Shown here: positions 39,530 through 49,865 of the stretch, piece after piece
Layout of the letters: each line of letters starts with the position of its first letter
Numbering within the stretch: the first letter of the stretch is position 1
Origin: an uncultured Prevotella sp.
GTDB taxonomy: Bacteria; Bacteroidota; Bacteroidia; Bacteroidales; Bacteroidaceae
Direction of reading: 5' to 3'
Assembly (NCBI GenBank): GCA_900540885.1
Contig: UQHJ01000001.1
Span: 9,734-73,733, forward strand
Length of the DNA stretch: 64,000 nucleotides
Notes under the pieces: model-generated
What the model was told of the DNA's origin: nothing
The model's database searches: none
What the model saw: the letters and a program-made list of their open reading frames with translations, nothing else
Made by a program: the position numbers and the translations under genes

Positions 39530-39850
39530 TCATGTTTCATTTTTATGTTTCAACTTATTGATTATCAATACTTTCGAAGGCTGAAACATACGACTTTTAT
39601 GTTTCATTTTTAGTTTCAATGTTTCATACTCTAAAAACACTGAGGGAGCGAAACAAAAACACTGTGGGAGCGATTTCAAAACCCAATGGGAGCGAAACAA
39701 AAACACTGAGGGAGCGTGAAAGCGCTCCCTCAGTGTTTTGAAGAATGAAACATGAAACTAAAAGTGAAACATTGAAGTCGTATGTTTCATATTTCTAAAT
39801 GACTGATATTCAATTATTTTATAACGAAAAATGAAACATGAAAGATAAAT
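39530..39850. repeat. composite foldback: flanking TGAAACAT/ATGTTTCA motif clusters in inverted orientation around four tandem 22-bp repeats (AAAACACTGAGGGAGCGAAACA) that end in a perfect 13-bp hairpin
   Basis: Tandem units at 39633-39718. Hairpin cactgagggagcg-tgaaa-gcgctccctcagtg at 39705-39739. At least 10 TGAAACA/TGTTTCA copies. Outer inverted pair gaaacatacgactt / aagtcgtatgtttc. Confidence 0.6.
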
Positions 39851-39898
39851 CAAAGGTACTGAAAACGTATGGATATATGTGAGCCAAATTGCAGTTTA

Positions 39899-40663
39899 CT
39901 ATTTCCCCTCCTGCTCCACCTTCTTCACCTTGCGGAACAAGTCTGAAGCAAATATAAAACTATTCAGGCGTTCATTATCTGACGACATAACATCGTCCTT
40001 TGTGCCCTCCCACTCGTTATGACCTTGATAGATATAAAGTATGTGTTCACCAATACCCATCACTGAATTCATATCGTGCGTATTAATAATTGTGGTCGTG
40101 TTGTACTCTGTGGTAATATCATGTATCAGTTCATCAATTACCAACGACGTTTTTGGGTCAAGACCTGAGTTTGGTTCGTCACAGAATAGATACTTAGGAT
40201 TGAGCGCAATAGCACGAGCTATAGCCACACGTTTCTGCATACCACCCGATATTTCGCCAGGAAACTTTGCCCCAGCGTCCGACAGGTTGACACGGTCTAA
40301 GCAGAATTGCGCACGACGTAAACGTTCCTTATAACTATCGTTAGAGAACATATCAAGCGGAAACATTACATTCTCCAACACTGACATCGAGTCGAACAAG
40401 GCCGCATTTTGAAATATCATCCCCATTTCTCTACGCAGCAAAGCACGCTCGCGCTTCGTCATTTGCATAAAACTACGTCCGTCGTAAAGCACATCTCCTT
40501 GCGTGGGTTCAAATAGGCCAACGATGTTCTTTATTAACACCGTCTTGCCCGAACCGCTCTGACCGATAATAAGGTTGGTCTTTCCACTCTCAAATGTTGA
40601 AGTGATTCCCTTCAAGACTTCTTTCCCATCAAACGATTTGTGTAAATTCTTTATTTCGATCAT
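39899..40663 (-). CDS. mlaF: ABC transporter ATP-binding protein, MlaF-like
   Basis: Walker A GQSGSGKT. Signature LSGGMQKRVAIARA. Walker B LFCDEP. Confidence 0.8.
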   Translation of the reverse strand: MIEIKNLHKSFDGKEVLKGITSTFESGKTNLIIGQSGSGKTVLIKNIVGLFEPTQGDVLYDGRSFMQMTKRERALLRREMGMIFQNAALFDSMSVLENVMFPLDMFSNDSYKERLRRAQFCLDRVNLSDAGAKFPGEISGGMQKRVAIARAIALNPKYLFCDEPNSGLDPKTSLVIDELIHDITTEYNTTTIINTHDMNSVMGIGEHILYIYQGHNEWEGTKDDVMSSDNERLNSFIFASDLFRKVKKVEQEGK

Positions 40664-41406
40664 GATAGCAACTGTGTAAGGAATAGGTCAAAGAATAAGA
40701 TTAACATAGAGCACGACACGACGGCATTGGTACTTGCTTTGCCCACTTCTATACTACCTCCTTCTACATTATAACCATAGAAGGACGAAACGCTTGAAAT
40801 GATAAAGGCAAAGAACAACGACTTGATTACGCCCATCCAGAAGAACCATTGCGTAAACGAGTGTTGAAGACCAGCCGTGAGGTCTGACGGTGTAATAATA
40901 TGTCCGATATAAGCCGTTGCATACGCACCGATTATACCAGTGAATGTACTAAAGATTACCAAGAATGGCATAATGGTTATCAATCCCACTATTTTAGGCA
41001 GGATGAGGAACGACGCAGGATTTACGCCCATAATCTCAAGCGCATCAATCTGTTGCGTTGTGCGCATCGTTCCTAACTCTGAAGCAATGTTTGAACCGAC
41101 CTTACCCGAAAGTATCAAACACATAATACTTGACGAGAACTCCAACAACATGATTTCACGCGTAACGTAGCCAGACACCCAAAGTGGCATCCACGGGCTC
41201 TGCACATTCAGCTTTATCTGAATACAGATTACGGCACCGATAAAGAAGGAGATAAGCAACACGATACCGATTGAGTCAACGCCCAGCTGTACCATTTCCT
41301 TTACGTATTGTTTCAAAAACATACGCATACGTTCGGGACGCGAGAAGGTGCGCCCCAACAACATTAAATAACGCCCGAAGGCATTTAAAAACTTTATAAT
41401 TATCAT
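40660..41406 (-). CDS. mlaE: ABC transporter permease, MlaE-like
   Basis: 248-aa polytopic permease translationally coupled to the ATPase. MlaE-like length and topology. Confidence 0.75.
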   Translation of the reverse strand: MIIIKFLNAFGRYLMLLGRTFSRPERMRMFLKQYVKEMVQLGVDSIGIVLLISFFIGAVICIQIKLNVQSPWMPLWVSGYVTREIMLLEFSSSIMCLILSGKVGSNIASELGTMRTTQQIDALEIMGVNPASFLILPKIVGLITIMPFLVIFSTFTGIIGAYATAYIGHIITPSDLTAGLQHSFTQWFFWMGVIKSLFFAFIISSVSSFYGYNVEGGSIEVGKASTNAVVSCSMLILFFDLFLTQLLS

Positions 41407-41433
41407 TTGATTTCTTCGTTTTACCCCACAACT

Positions 41434-43470
41434 CTACTCTTCAGGTTTACGCAGTGCTTCGGGCTTTAGATTTCCTTTTTCGTCAAACAATCCATAAGTG
41501 GTACGCAACACACGGAACTCAGTTCGGCGGTTTAAGGCATTGCACACCTCTTGTTGTTCCTTGGGCAATTTTAATATGTAAGCCACTGTTAGCGTGTCGT
41601 TCGTATGAAGGAACGGATACGTTTCGGTAAGCTTTTTATTTACCACTTTCGGCACTTCCTTTCCATATCCTCGTGCCGTAAGTCTATCTGCCGCAATACC
41701 ATGTTCTGTTAAGTAACGCACGACGCTCTCTGCTCTACGTTGCGAAAGTTTTAGGTTGTAATCAGCATTGCCACGATAGTCGCAATGGGCAGAAAGTTCT
41801 ATCGTCACGTTCGGATTTTCTTTCAGCATCTTTGTCAAGCGGTCTAAAGCTTCGCATGAGTTTTCGGTCAAATTAGCTTTATCAAACTCGTAGAACACAT
41901 TACGAACCAATACGGGAGAAGATATGCTGGGCAGCGCAAACTGCAACACGTGTTGCTTCTCTACCTCTGCCGTATCAGCGCGCAATTCGTTGCGTACGTT
42001 TAAGTAACCTTGACAGGTAGCCAAGAAGAGATAGCTAACGCCTGGCTTTAATGGCTTTTCGAAAGAGCCGTCAGACAATACGCTCACCTTTTCATTCGTA
42101 CCGTCACTGCCTACCATGTAGACTACAGCCTTGGGTAATTCATAACCATCTTGCTCATACACCCACCCCTTCACGCTTTGTAGCACTTCTGGGTAGGAGA
42201 ACTCGTATATCTTATCCCAGCCTCGTCCTCCTGTAGCACGATTGGAGGAGAAGAAACCGCGATTATGTAAGCCCTCAAACGTGATACCAAAATCATCACC
42301 ATTAGAGTTCATAGGCGACGGCAGGTGTACGACCGTCCACTGCTTTGTAACGCTATCTTCGCGTGCTCGATAGAGATCCAAACCGCCCATATTGTTAGCA
42401 CCCGCATCGCTTGAGAAGTAGAGTTCACCATCGGGACGGAAAGCGGGAAAGCACTCATTCCCCTCAGTGTTTATCTGTGGTCCTAAATTTTCCAATCTCC
42501 CCACTCCATGTTTATCGCTCAACTCTGCTCGCCATAGATCAAGTCCACCTTGTCCGCCTGGCATGTCTGAGGTGAAATAAAGCCAACGGCCATCGGGCGA
42601 TACAGCGGGGTGGGCATAAGATGATAGCGTATCGGCCGATATCGTCAACTGAGTGGGCTTGCCCCACTTTGCATCTGTGCGCTGCGATGTCCATATCTCT
42701 GCCATGCGCGGATAAGATGGGTCGGTACGACATACCGTAAAGTACATGGTCTTTCCGTCTTGCGTAAAGGAGCAAGCGCCCTCGTCGAAGTCGGTATTCA
42801 CCTCTCCCTCTACGGCCTCTATTAGTTTCCACTTTCCTTTTTCATCTTTCTTGCTAAAGAAGATGTCGCCATTCTTCGTTGCCGTAATGCCACTCACATC
42901 GCCCTTTGCCTGTTGGCGCGTTGAAGTGAAATACAATTGTTGCGCATCAATGCCCATATAAGCCGGACTATAATCTGCACGCGAACCATTAAATTGGTTA
43001 AACAACTTTACCGTATAGGCCGAGCCTTTCTTTTTCTCCGCTGGCGCACTCAGACAGCTGGCAATTGCTTGCTCAGCGTGCTTATCGCCAGGAAACGAGT
43101 CGAGATAGGCTTGATAGGCCGTCTGTGCAGCTTTATAGTTACCTTGTATGCGCAAGGCATCACCTAACTTGAGGTACGTCAGTGTATCAGTATAACGATA
43201 GCGCACGGCATTTTGGTAAGCGCCAACAGCGCGCGCTATGTTGCCATACCGACTATAAGCATCGGCCATCTTATAAGCTATTGCACCGCGCTTCGTTCGC
43301 TCCTTGGTCGGCGTTTGACTATAAGCTCGCTTATACTGCCCCGCAGCCTCGGCATACTCACCGAGTGCCAAAGCAGCATCGCCTTTTTTTATAGATTTAT
43401 CAGCACTCCCGCAACTTGCCAACAATAGCAAAAGCAAGAGGACGCTAATCGTATAGTTTATTCGAAACAT
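41434..43470 (-). CDS. OmpA-family lipoprotein with N-terminal TPR repeats and TolB-like beta-propeller repeats
   Basis: Lipoprotein signal (LLLASCGS). TPR helices. Repeated DG..LYF(T/S)S propeller motifs. C-terminal OmpA_C (…NLKLSQRRAESVVRYL…). Confidence 0.75.
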   Translation of the reverse strand: MFRINYTISVLLLLLLLASCGSADKSIKKGDAALALGEYAEAAGQYKRAYSQTPTKERTKRGAIAYKMADAYSRYGNIARAVGAYQNAVRYRYTDTLTYLKLGDALRIQGNYKAAQTAYQAYLDSFPGDKHAEQAIASCLSAPAEKKKGSAYTVKLFNQFNGSRADYSPAYMGIDAQQLYFTSTRQQAKGDVSGITATKNGDIFFSKKDEKGKWKLIEAVEGEVNTDFDEGACSFTQDGKTMYFTVCRTDPSYPRMAEIWTSQRTDAKWGKPTQLTISADTLSSYAHPAVSPDGRWLYFTSDMPGGQGGLDLWRAELSDKHGVGRLENLGPQINTEGNECFPAFRPDGELYFSSDAGANNMGGLDLYRAREDSVTKQWTVVHLPSPMNSNGDDFGITFEGLHNRGFFSSNRATGGRGWDKIYEFSYPEVLQSVKGWVYEQDGYELPKAVVYMVGSDGTNEKVSVLSDGSFEKPLKPGVSYLFLATCQGYLNVRNELRADTAEVEKQHVLQFALPSISSPVLVRNVFYEFDKANLTENSCEALDRLTKMLKENPNVTIELSAHCDYRGNADYNLKLSQRRAESVVRYLTEHGIAADRLTARGYGKEVPKVVNKKLTETYPFLHTNDTLTVAYILKLPKEQQEVCNALNRRTEFRVLRTTYGLFDEKGNLKPEALRKPEE

Positions 43471-43682
43471 TCAAGATGATTTGTACGTCAATACTCTTTT
43501 ATTGTCTTTATTCACTACAACGTGAACGTTCTTATCACAAATTTATTGTTCTAATCGCCACAAAGTTACGACTTCAAAATCAGAAGGCAACGCTTTCACT
43601 TTTGTTTTTTCACTTCATAAAGGAGTAGCTACTATTTTTGAAGATAAATAGAACACAAATAAGGAAAGGAAAAATAATGGAT

Positions 43683-43737
43683 TAAGCAGCAATTTATCTG
43701 CCCAATTAGGCCGATAGATTGCAGTTTATCTCTCAGT
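43683..43737. repeat. minimal/degenerate member of the AAACTGCAAT-terminus foldback family
   Basis: gcagcaatttatctgcccaattagg ccgatagattgcagtttatc. Confidence 0.45.
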
Positions 43738-43738
43738 A

Positions 43739-45964
43739 TTAAGGACTCTTGAGTATCACCTTGCAACCAAAGTTGAGGGACTTGTCGTGCGAGATGCCTG
43801 TGAAGAGACCGAGGTCGAGAAGGTGAGTGCTTATGCCGTAACCTAATTCCGCATACAATCCTAAGGCTTTGACAGAAAGTAGGTTGAGATAAATGCGCTC
43901 CTTTTGCACAATGCGTGAGATGCCTGGTAGGCGTGATAGCAACATCATCGGACTCTCGTAGGCACTGGTACACTGAATGTAATAACGCGATTCGTTGTAC
44001 CAACGGGCACTCAATAGCTGAAACTCTCCCGTCAACTCGTCCGTCCAACCATGAGGCAAGTAGTTGAAACGAAAGAAGTCGTAGTCGATAAAGCAATCCT
44101 TGCCGCGCTTGGTGTAAACACCCGCGTTGGCTCTAAAGTAGAGCGTGCGTAAGGCATATAAGGGAAGTCGATAACGCACTTCGCCTTCCACCTTTTCAAA
44201 TTGTGACGACTGTCCTTGAAGTCCTAATCCTCTCTCGTAGTTGACGATGAAGGTAGGGTAGCGTGAGTAGAGTGGTAGGCGTCTGCGCCCTTGTCGATAA
44301 TAATATTGGGCGGGTGTCCACTCCAGCTGAACGCTCGGTCCGATTGAGCTGATATAATGCTGAAGTTGAGCGTCAGCTGCTAATTTGTTCCAATTAATTA
44401 ATACGCGTCTGCTAAAGCACGCTCCAAAGGTAAGTGTAAGTCCAGGGTGGGGCGAAAGGCTTAATTGCGTAGAGGCGTAAGTGTCTAAGTAGTCGTTAAA
44501 GCCGTAACGATTGATGACGCTTTGAAGTGAGTCAAAGTTAGAATGCCCTTTCAGTTGGTTGCGCAGTTCGTTGGCTTGGTGGTTGTTATAATAATGTGAC
44601 CCTCCGCCAGCCTTAAATGATAGGAGACCATTATAATAGGGCAATATATGAAATAGTAACGGAAGGTTCCAATAGATTTGTTTCTGTTTAAAGCTATAAC
44701 CAATGCTTGGCGTGAAGTTGATAAGTTCCTGTTGCGCTTTACGTCGTGGACTGAAGCTAAAGTGAATGTTCGTCTTGATTGACACCCCCTTCGTCTTGCT
44801 CCATTGCACCATGGAAGGAGTGATGAGAGGTGGAAGTTTAACGCTCGTATTGCCATTGCTGGTTAGGTTGAAGCGATGAGAAGAAAGCAAAATGTTTTGC
44901 GTGTTCTTCTTATTAAAGAATGTCTTGCGCGGCGTAAATCCAGTTTGTGCCAAGTCAGCTGGCAAGGCAAAACGAGAGATCGTATCGTTCACTTCGTTAT
45001 AATGCTCTTTGAATTGTGCTTCTTCCGCCTTACGCAGTGCCATAGGACGTATTGAGTCAAAGTATTCGGCGGAGGTGTTGACTTGCGTTGTGTCAATGCG
45101 CAGCGCGCAAAGCGTCGTTAGGTCAAAGCGATTTTTCTTCTTATGATTAATACGAACAGGACACATAAAAGAGTGCTGCGCAAAGAGGTCGGTCGTTTCG
45201 AACACTCTGTTGCCCAATAACTTAAAGTCCGAAACGATACGCATTCGTTGAGGTACCAATTGGTCGTAACCTTGCTTGCCCATACGCGCGTTAATCGTAA
45301 TGTTTTGTAGCTGATAGTTGAAGTGGAGTAGAAAGTTCGTAACGGCTCCCGTCTTCACATCAACGTCGGCATAGCCATAGGCTAACTCTTCATTGTTAAA
45401 TCGACGGTGAATATTTACGCGCATAGTGGTGGGCAACGTATCATTACCTATGTGCGTAAACGCATATTCGTAGCGGTAAAACTTACGATTGCGTCGATTG
45501 AAAGGATTGAGCAGTTGGTCAATAAAGAGTTTGGACTGATAAATTTGGAAGTTAAAACGTCCCATAGCAGAGAACCTTTCAGGACGCAAGTAACGAGCTG
45601 TAGAGTGAAAGGCCACAACTTTGCAGTCCACCTCACCTGGCGGACGGAGTTGCAGCTGCAGTTGAGCCTCAGTGACGTATTCGTTTGTTCCGCGTTCCAA
45701 TCGAGGCATACGCGGAATAAAGCGTACAATGACCCCATTGCGGTGTGTGTACATATTGTGCCGCAAGTAGATCGAAAGGCTACACTCATCGTTGCTAATC
45801 TGATTGGTGTTCTTCAATACTGTGTTGATGCTATCAACAAACGAAAAGATAAGTTCCTCGGGGTGGGCCTTTTGCGCGGAGGCATAAAAAAACATACCAA
45901 GCCATAGGCCGACTATAAGAATCGTCCTAACTGACTTGATATGTTTTAAAGGCCATGATAACAT
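43739..45964 (-). CDS. hypothetical outer-membrane protein (741 aa, signal peptide, aromatic-rich beta-strand composition)
   Basis: Signal MLSWPLKHIKSVRTILIVGLWLGMFFYASAQ. Y/F/W-rich alternating pattern typical of a large beta-barrel. Family not recognised. Confidence 0.5.
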   Translation of the reverse strand: MLSWPLKHIKSVRTILIVGLWLGMFFYASAQKAHPEELIFSFVDSINTVLKNTNQISNDECSLSIYLRHNMYTHRNGVIVRFIPRMPRLERGTNEYVTEAQLQLQLRPPGEVDCKVVAFHSTARYLRPERFSAMGRFNFQIYQSKLFIDQLLNPFNRRNRKFYRYEYAFTHIGNDTLPTTMRVNIHRRFNNEELAYGYADVDVKTGAVTNFLLHFNYQLQNITINARMGKQGYDQLVPQRMRIVSDFKLLGNRVFETTDLFAQHSFMCPVRINHKKKNRFDLTTLCALRIDTTQVNTSAEYFDSIRPMALRKAEEAQFKEHYNEVNDTISRFALPADLAQTGFTPRKTFFNKKNTQNILLSSHRFNLTSNGNTSVKLPPLITPSMVQWSKTKGVSIKTNIHFSFSPRRKAQQELINFTPSIGYSFKQKQIYWNLPLLFHILPYYNGLLSFKAGGGSHYYNNHQANELRNQLKGHSNFDSLQSVINRYGFNDYLDTYASTQLSLSPHPGLTLTFGACFSRRVLINWNKLAADAQLQHYISSIGPSVQLEWTPAQYYYRQGRRRLPLYSRYPTFIVNYERGLGLQGQSSQFEKVEGEVRYRLPLYALRTLYFRANAGVYTKRGKDCFIDYDFFRFNYLPHGWTDELTGEFQLLSARWYNESRYYIQCTSAYESPMMLLSRLPGISRIVQKERIYLNLLSVKALGLYAELGYGISTHLLDLGLFTGISHDKSLNFGCKVILKSP

Positions 45965-45979
45965 AGCGTGATTATGGGG

Positions 45980-48190
45980 TTAGCTTCGGCTGACGGCCTT
46001 TACCCCTTTGACAGTGCGAAGTTTCTTGATTAATCCCGTGAGGCGTTGCGTATCGTCAACAAGAATGGTCAATATGCCTGAGAAGAGACCGTCGTGCGAG
46101 TCGATATTGATACTGCGCAGCATGATGTGCTCCTCCTTCGAGATGATAGAGGTAATGTTGTTGACAATGCCCAAATCGTCTTGCCCCACCACGTGAAGCG
46201 TAATGGGGTAAGAGCCTTGTCCTTTGCCTGCCCAACGAGCTTTGACGATGCGATAGCCAAAGCGCTCGCGCAAGGCAGGAGCGTTGGGGCAACTCGTGCG
46301 GTGAATCTTGATACCGCCACTGACCGTAACGAACCCAAAGATGTCGTCACCATAGACGGGGTTGCAACAACGCGCCAATTGATAGTCTAATCCCTTCAAG
46401 TCGCGGCCAATCACCAATTCGTCCTGTTCGCCTTTCGCCTTTTGTGCGATTTCGCTGTCAAGACTAAACTCTTCGGCCGAACGCACGGCAGCCCTTTCGG
46501 CAATACCCTGTTCACGCTTTCCAAGCTCGATATAAGTATCGATTACACGGTTGATGTCCACCTTGTCATCGGCCAAGGCTTTGAAGAAGTCGAAACTCTC
46601 TTTGTAGCCTAACTTCTTAATCAATTGATTAACCAACGCCTCGTCCCAGTCAAGTTTTCGATTGCGCATCTTGCGCTCAAGCGTCTCCTTACCCAAGGCT
46701 GTTTCGCCAGCAGAGATTTCGCGCACAGCAGCGCGTATCTTTGAGCGAGCGTGGTTGCTCTGAGCAATGTTAATCCACTCCGATTTAGGCTTTTGCGTAT
46801 TAGAAGTCAAGATCTCGACTGTCTGTCCGCTCTCCAATTCCTGTCGTATCGGGTAGTTCTTGCCGTTAATGCGTCCGCCCACACAGCGATTGCCCACCCC
46901 CGTGTGAATCGTGTAAGCAAAGTCGAGCACAGTAGAGTGAGGCGGTAGGCGATAAAGGTCGCCCTTGGGTGAGAATACGTAGACGTCCTGTTCTTTTAAG
47001 TCCGAACTGAGGCTTTGCGTGAGCAATCCCTCATTGCCCGTTTCGAGTGCAGAACGAATGTCGGCCAACCAAGAGTCAACGCCTCCGCTGCTGCTCTTCA
47101 CGCCCTTATAACGCCAGTGAGCAGCTAAACCGTGTTCGGCTATCTCGTCCATGCGCTCGGTGCGTATTTGTACCTCCACCCATTTGTCTTCGGGGCCTTT
47201 AACGGTTATGTGCAAACTCTCGTAACCATTACTCTTCGGCACGGTAAGCCAGTCGCGCAGTCGCTTCAGATTGCTCTCGTACTTATTGGTAATGAGCGAG
47301 AAAACCTTCCAGCATTGCTCCTTTTCTTTAGCCAATGGCGAATCGAGGATAATGCGTATCGCAAACAAGTCATATACCCCGTGGAAGCCGCATTGCTGCT
47401 TCTTCATCTTCTGCCAAATAGAGTGAATACTCTTGGTGCGTCCCTTCATGTGATAACGCAACCCTTCTGCATCAAGCATTTGGCGAATAGGAGCGATGAA
47501 GCGTTCGATGTAGGCATCGCGTGAGCGCTTCGTAGCATTAAGGTTGTCCTTAATCATGTAGTAAGCGTCGTGCTCTAAGTATTTAAGGCTCAAGTCCTCC
47601 AACTCGCTCTTCAGTTTGTAAAGTCCCAGCTTGTGAGCTAAGGGAGCATACAGATAAGCCGCTTCCGTGCTTACCCGCTGTTGTGCACTGACATTCTCCG
47701 TGTCTTTGATGTGGCGCATGAGGTTGACGCTATCAGCGATGAGCATCAGTATAATACGCATATCGCCTGCTTGTGCTATCAAGAGGTTGCGGAAGTTGTC
47801 CGTTCGCATCGCCTCCGTCTTCACCTCAATTGATTCGACGCGCAAGAAGCCGCGAAGCGTATTGGCCACGTCTTTTCCAAAGAAGCGTTCCACGACGCTG
47901 CATTGCTCATTCGTTCGCACCACGGCGCGAAGCATATAAGCCGTCAAGGCGTGTCCGCGCAGACCAATTTCTTGGACGGCAAGACAAGTTGCCTTCATGG
48001 CCATGACCACTTTATTAAGTCCAAACTCGTTGCGTACTAACGTTTCGTCAGTGGCAATGGCGCTGGTAATAAAGTCGGCCAATTTGTGCGCCTCATTGTC
48101 AGTAGGGCGCACGTGTTCATTGTGATAGATAGCCAATAGCGCATGAATGAAGTCGTTGCGCTCAGCATTGTGATTGTTTAATTCGCCCAT
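45980..48190 (-). CDS. bifunctional (p)ppGpp synthetase/hydrolase RelA/SpoT family
   Basis: HD hydrolase domain, RelA_SpoT synthetase domain (…YESLHITV…), TGS and C-terminal ACT. Confidence 0.9.
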   Translation of the reverse strand: MGELNNHNAERNDFIHALLAIYHNEHVRPTDNEAHKLADFITSAIATDETLVRNEFGLNKVVMAMKATCLAVQEIGLRGHALTAYMLRAVVRTNEQCSVVERFFGKDVANTLRGFLRVESIEVKTEAMRTDNFRNLLIAQAGDMRIILMLIADSVNLMRHIKDTENVSAQQRVSTEAAYLYAPLAHKLGLYKLKSELEDLSLKYLEHDAYYMIKDNLNATKRSRDAYIERFIAPIRQMLDAEGLRYHMKGRTKSIHSIWQKMKKQQCGFHGVYDLFAIRIILDSPLAKEKEQCWKVFSLITNKYESNLKRLRDWLTVPKSNGYESLHITVKGPEDKWVEVQIRTERMDEIAEHGLAAHWRYKGVKSSSGGVDSWLADIRSALETGNEGLLTQSLSSDLKEQDVYVFSPKGDLYRLPPHSTVLDFAYTIHTGVGNRCVGGRINGKNYPIRQELESGQTVEILTSNTQKPKSEWINIAQSNHARSKIRAAVREISAGETALGKETLERKMRNRKLDWDEALVNQLIKKLGYKESFDFFKALADDKVDINRVIDTYIELGKREQGIAERAAVRSAEEFSLDSEIAQKAKGEQDELVIGRDLKGLDYQLARCCNPVYGDDIFGFVTVSGGIKIHRTSCPNAPALRERFGYRIVKARWAGKGQGSYPITLHVVGQDDLGIVNNITSIISKEEHIMLRSINIDSHDGLFSGILTILVDDTQRLTGLIKKLRTVKGVKAVSRS

Positions 48191-48220
48191 AAGAGTGTCA
48201 GTTTTAGAATAGTTTATGTG

Positions 48221-49387
48221 TTAGAAGCGTGCCGTCACCTGTACGTCAAACGTGTTGTAGTGTGCGTCTTTTGGTGTTGCAGCGTGTCGTGCTGAGCGGT
48301 CGTCAGTAAAGGTGTAGTTGAGTTGGAAAATGAGGTTCTTACCTAAAGTATAATTCCCCGACAGACCGTAGTTCGCACAAAGTGATTGCCAAGAGCGCTT
48401 ATCGTTTCGATAGCAATCGTAGCGACCGTATATCTTAAGTCCCTTAATAATAGGTACTCCCACCGTAGCATACCAAGCGTCAGAGTGGGTGGGGGCAGTA
48501 GCATCGGTCACTACACCACCATACGAACTCATATATTCACCGCGCACTGTCCAATCGCTTTCATATTTTAGGCCAGCTCCCCAGCGAACGCGCTTTACGT
48601 CTTTCAGACTTTTGGGATCAGCAGCGTTATACTTCTCGTTCGTATATTTGCCATTCCAACCAAAGCCACCGATGCAAAGGTTCTTTACGGGTGAGATCCA
48701 CATGCCGCCAATCACGTCTTTATGCTTGTTCTTGTCCGTATGGTTAATGCCTTGACCATTAAATACGCCCACTTGGTAGTGCACCCACTTGTGACCATCA
48801 GAGGCTGGCAACAAGTCGCCCTGCACTTGCAGACCCAAATCGCGTCCCGAACTCTTATTATAGCTGCCTTCGCCATTGCGGTCGTTGATAGAGGCCAACT
48901 TCATCGTAGCTTGCGAATAAGAACCCATACCAATGGCTAAGGGGCTCATCGGGTTCTCAAATCCAAACGAACGCTTAAACTGTCCTAACTTTACGCGGAA
49001 ACAGTCATACTTTTGCCATTCCATAAAGGCATCAAGCACGCGAGGCCCTTTGTTGTCACCTGGAGCATCATTCACCTCCATTTGGAGTTTGTAGTAGAAG
49101 TCGCGATAAACGTGACCATCGAGGTAAAGTCGGATAAAGCGAAGGTCGAACCCCCCGTTTGTATCTTTATGCTTTTGGTCGCTAATGCTATATTTGCCCA
49201 TGATGTAACCCCCAAACTTTATGCTGGGTTGCATCTTTTGTAGGAATTTGTTGTCCGAGTTTTTAGCTGTAAGCGTATAGCCTTCCGTCTCATAGTCAAG
49301 ATGGTTCGTATAATCATTAGGAGGCGTATCTTCAGCCCACGTACAAAGTGGCGAGAGTGCTAGAAGAAGGGGAAGTATTTGTTTCAT
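48221..49387 (-). CDS. phosphate-selective porin O/P family protein
   Basis: Signal MKQILPLLLALSPLCTWA. Porin_O_P-like repeated beta-strand pattern. C-terminal …VTARF. Start chosen at the second Met; the upstream extension lies inside the repeat elements. Confidence 0.75.
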   Translation of the reverse strand: MKQILPLLLALSPLCTWAEDTPPNDYTNHLDYETEGYTLTAKNSDNKFLQKMQPSIKFGGYIMGKYSISDQKHKDTNGGFDLRFIRLYLDGHVYRDFYYKLQMEVNDAPGDNKGPRVLDAFMEWQKYDCFRVKLGQFKRSFGFENPMSPLAIGMGSYSQATMKLASINDRNGEGSYNKSSGRDLGLQVQGDLLPASDGHKWVHYQVGVFNGQGINHTDKNKHKDVIGGMWISPVKNLCIGGFGWNGKYTNEKYNAADPKSLKDVKRVRWGAGLKYESDWTVRGEYMSSYGGVVTDATAPTHSDAWYATVGVPIIKGLKIYGRYDCYRNDKRSWQSLCANYGLSGNYTLGKNLIFQLNYTFTDDRSARHAATPKDAHYNTFDVQVTARF

Positions 49388-49394
49388 AATATTT

Positions 49395-49525
49395 TCTTTT
49401 GTTATTGCAAAGATAGTGCAAGGTGAGCGCAATGAAAAGGAAAATGCAATTTTTCTTTTCATTGCCGAGCCGCCGCCTATCTTATGTAAAGATAGTGCAA
49501 GGTGAGCGCAATGAAAAGGAAAAGT
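49395..49525 (-). repeat. two tandem units of the promoter-bearing repeat family (reverse orientation), abutting the porin start
   Basis: Reverse complement reads …ttttcattgcgctcaccttgcactatctttacataagataggcggcggctcggcaatgaaaag…ttgcgctcaccttgcactatctttgcaataac. Confidence 0.7.
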
Positions 49526-49542
49526 GTGAAACTCTTTAAGCT

Positions 49543-49710
49543 AAACTGCAATTTATCTGCCTAATTGGGGGGCGGGTTTTTAACCCGCGGCAGCAGCAGG
49601 CTTGAACATCTACTTATAGTTGCTAAGCGACCATAAGCTACATGCTGCTGCCGCGGGTTAAAAACCCGCCCCCCAATTAGCCCCCCAATTAGGCAGACAA
49701 ATTGCAGTTT
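49543..49710. repeat. 168-bp foldback with the same AAACTGCAATTTATCTGCCTAATTGGGGGG termini as 23974-24241 but an unrelated palindromic core
   Basis: Core ggcgggtttttaacccgcggcagcagca…tgctgctgccgcgggttaaaaacccgcc. Right end duplicated (ccccccaattag ×2). Confidence 0.75.
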
Positions 49711-49865
49711 ATTTTTGTCATAAAAATAATAAGTCCTGTACTGTTTGCGATTAACACGAAGAGTAAATGTCCCTGACGGTGTACCTAAGGGTTTTATCTT
49801 ATAAGCAAAACAAAAACTCCTCACAAAAGAAGTATTAAATCTTTTGTGAGGAGATTTGTTTGTAT

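Noticed and set aside
39633-39739. Tandem 22-bp repeats considered as a CRISPR array
   Set aside because: Units are contiguous with no spacers, only four copies, and the last pairs with an inverted copy to form a hairpin.
43632-44096. 154-aa ORF overlapping the 3' end of the 43739-45964 OMP gene
   Set aside because: Same strand, different frame, Arg/Leu-rich junk translation. The longer frame has a signal peptide and coherent composition.
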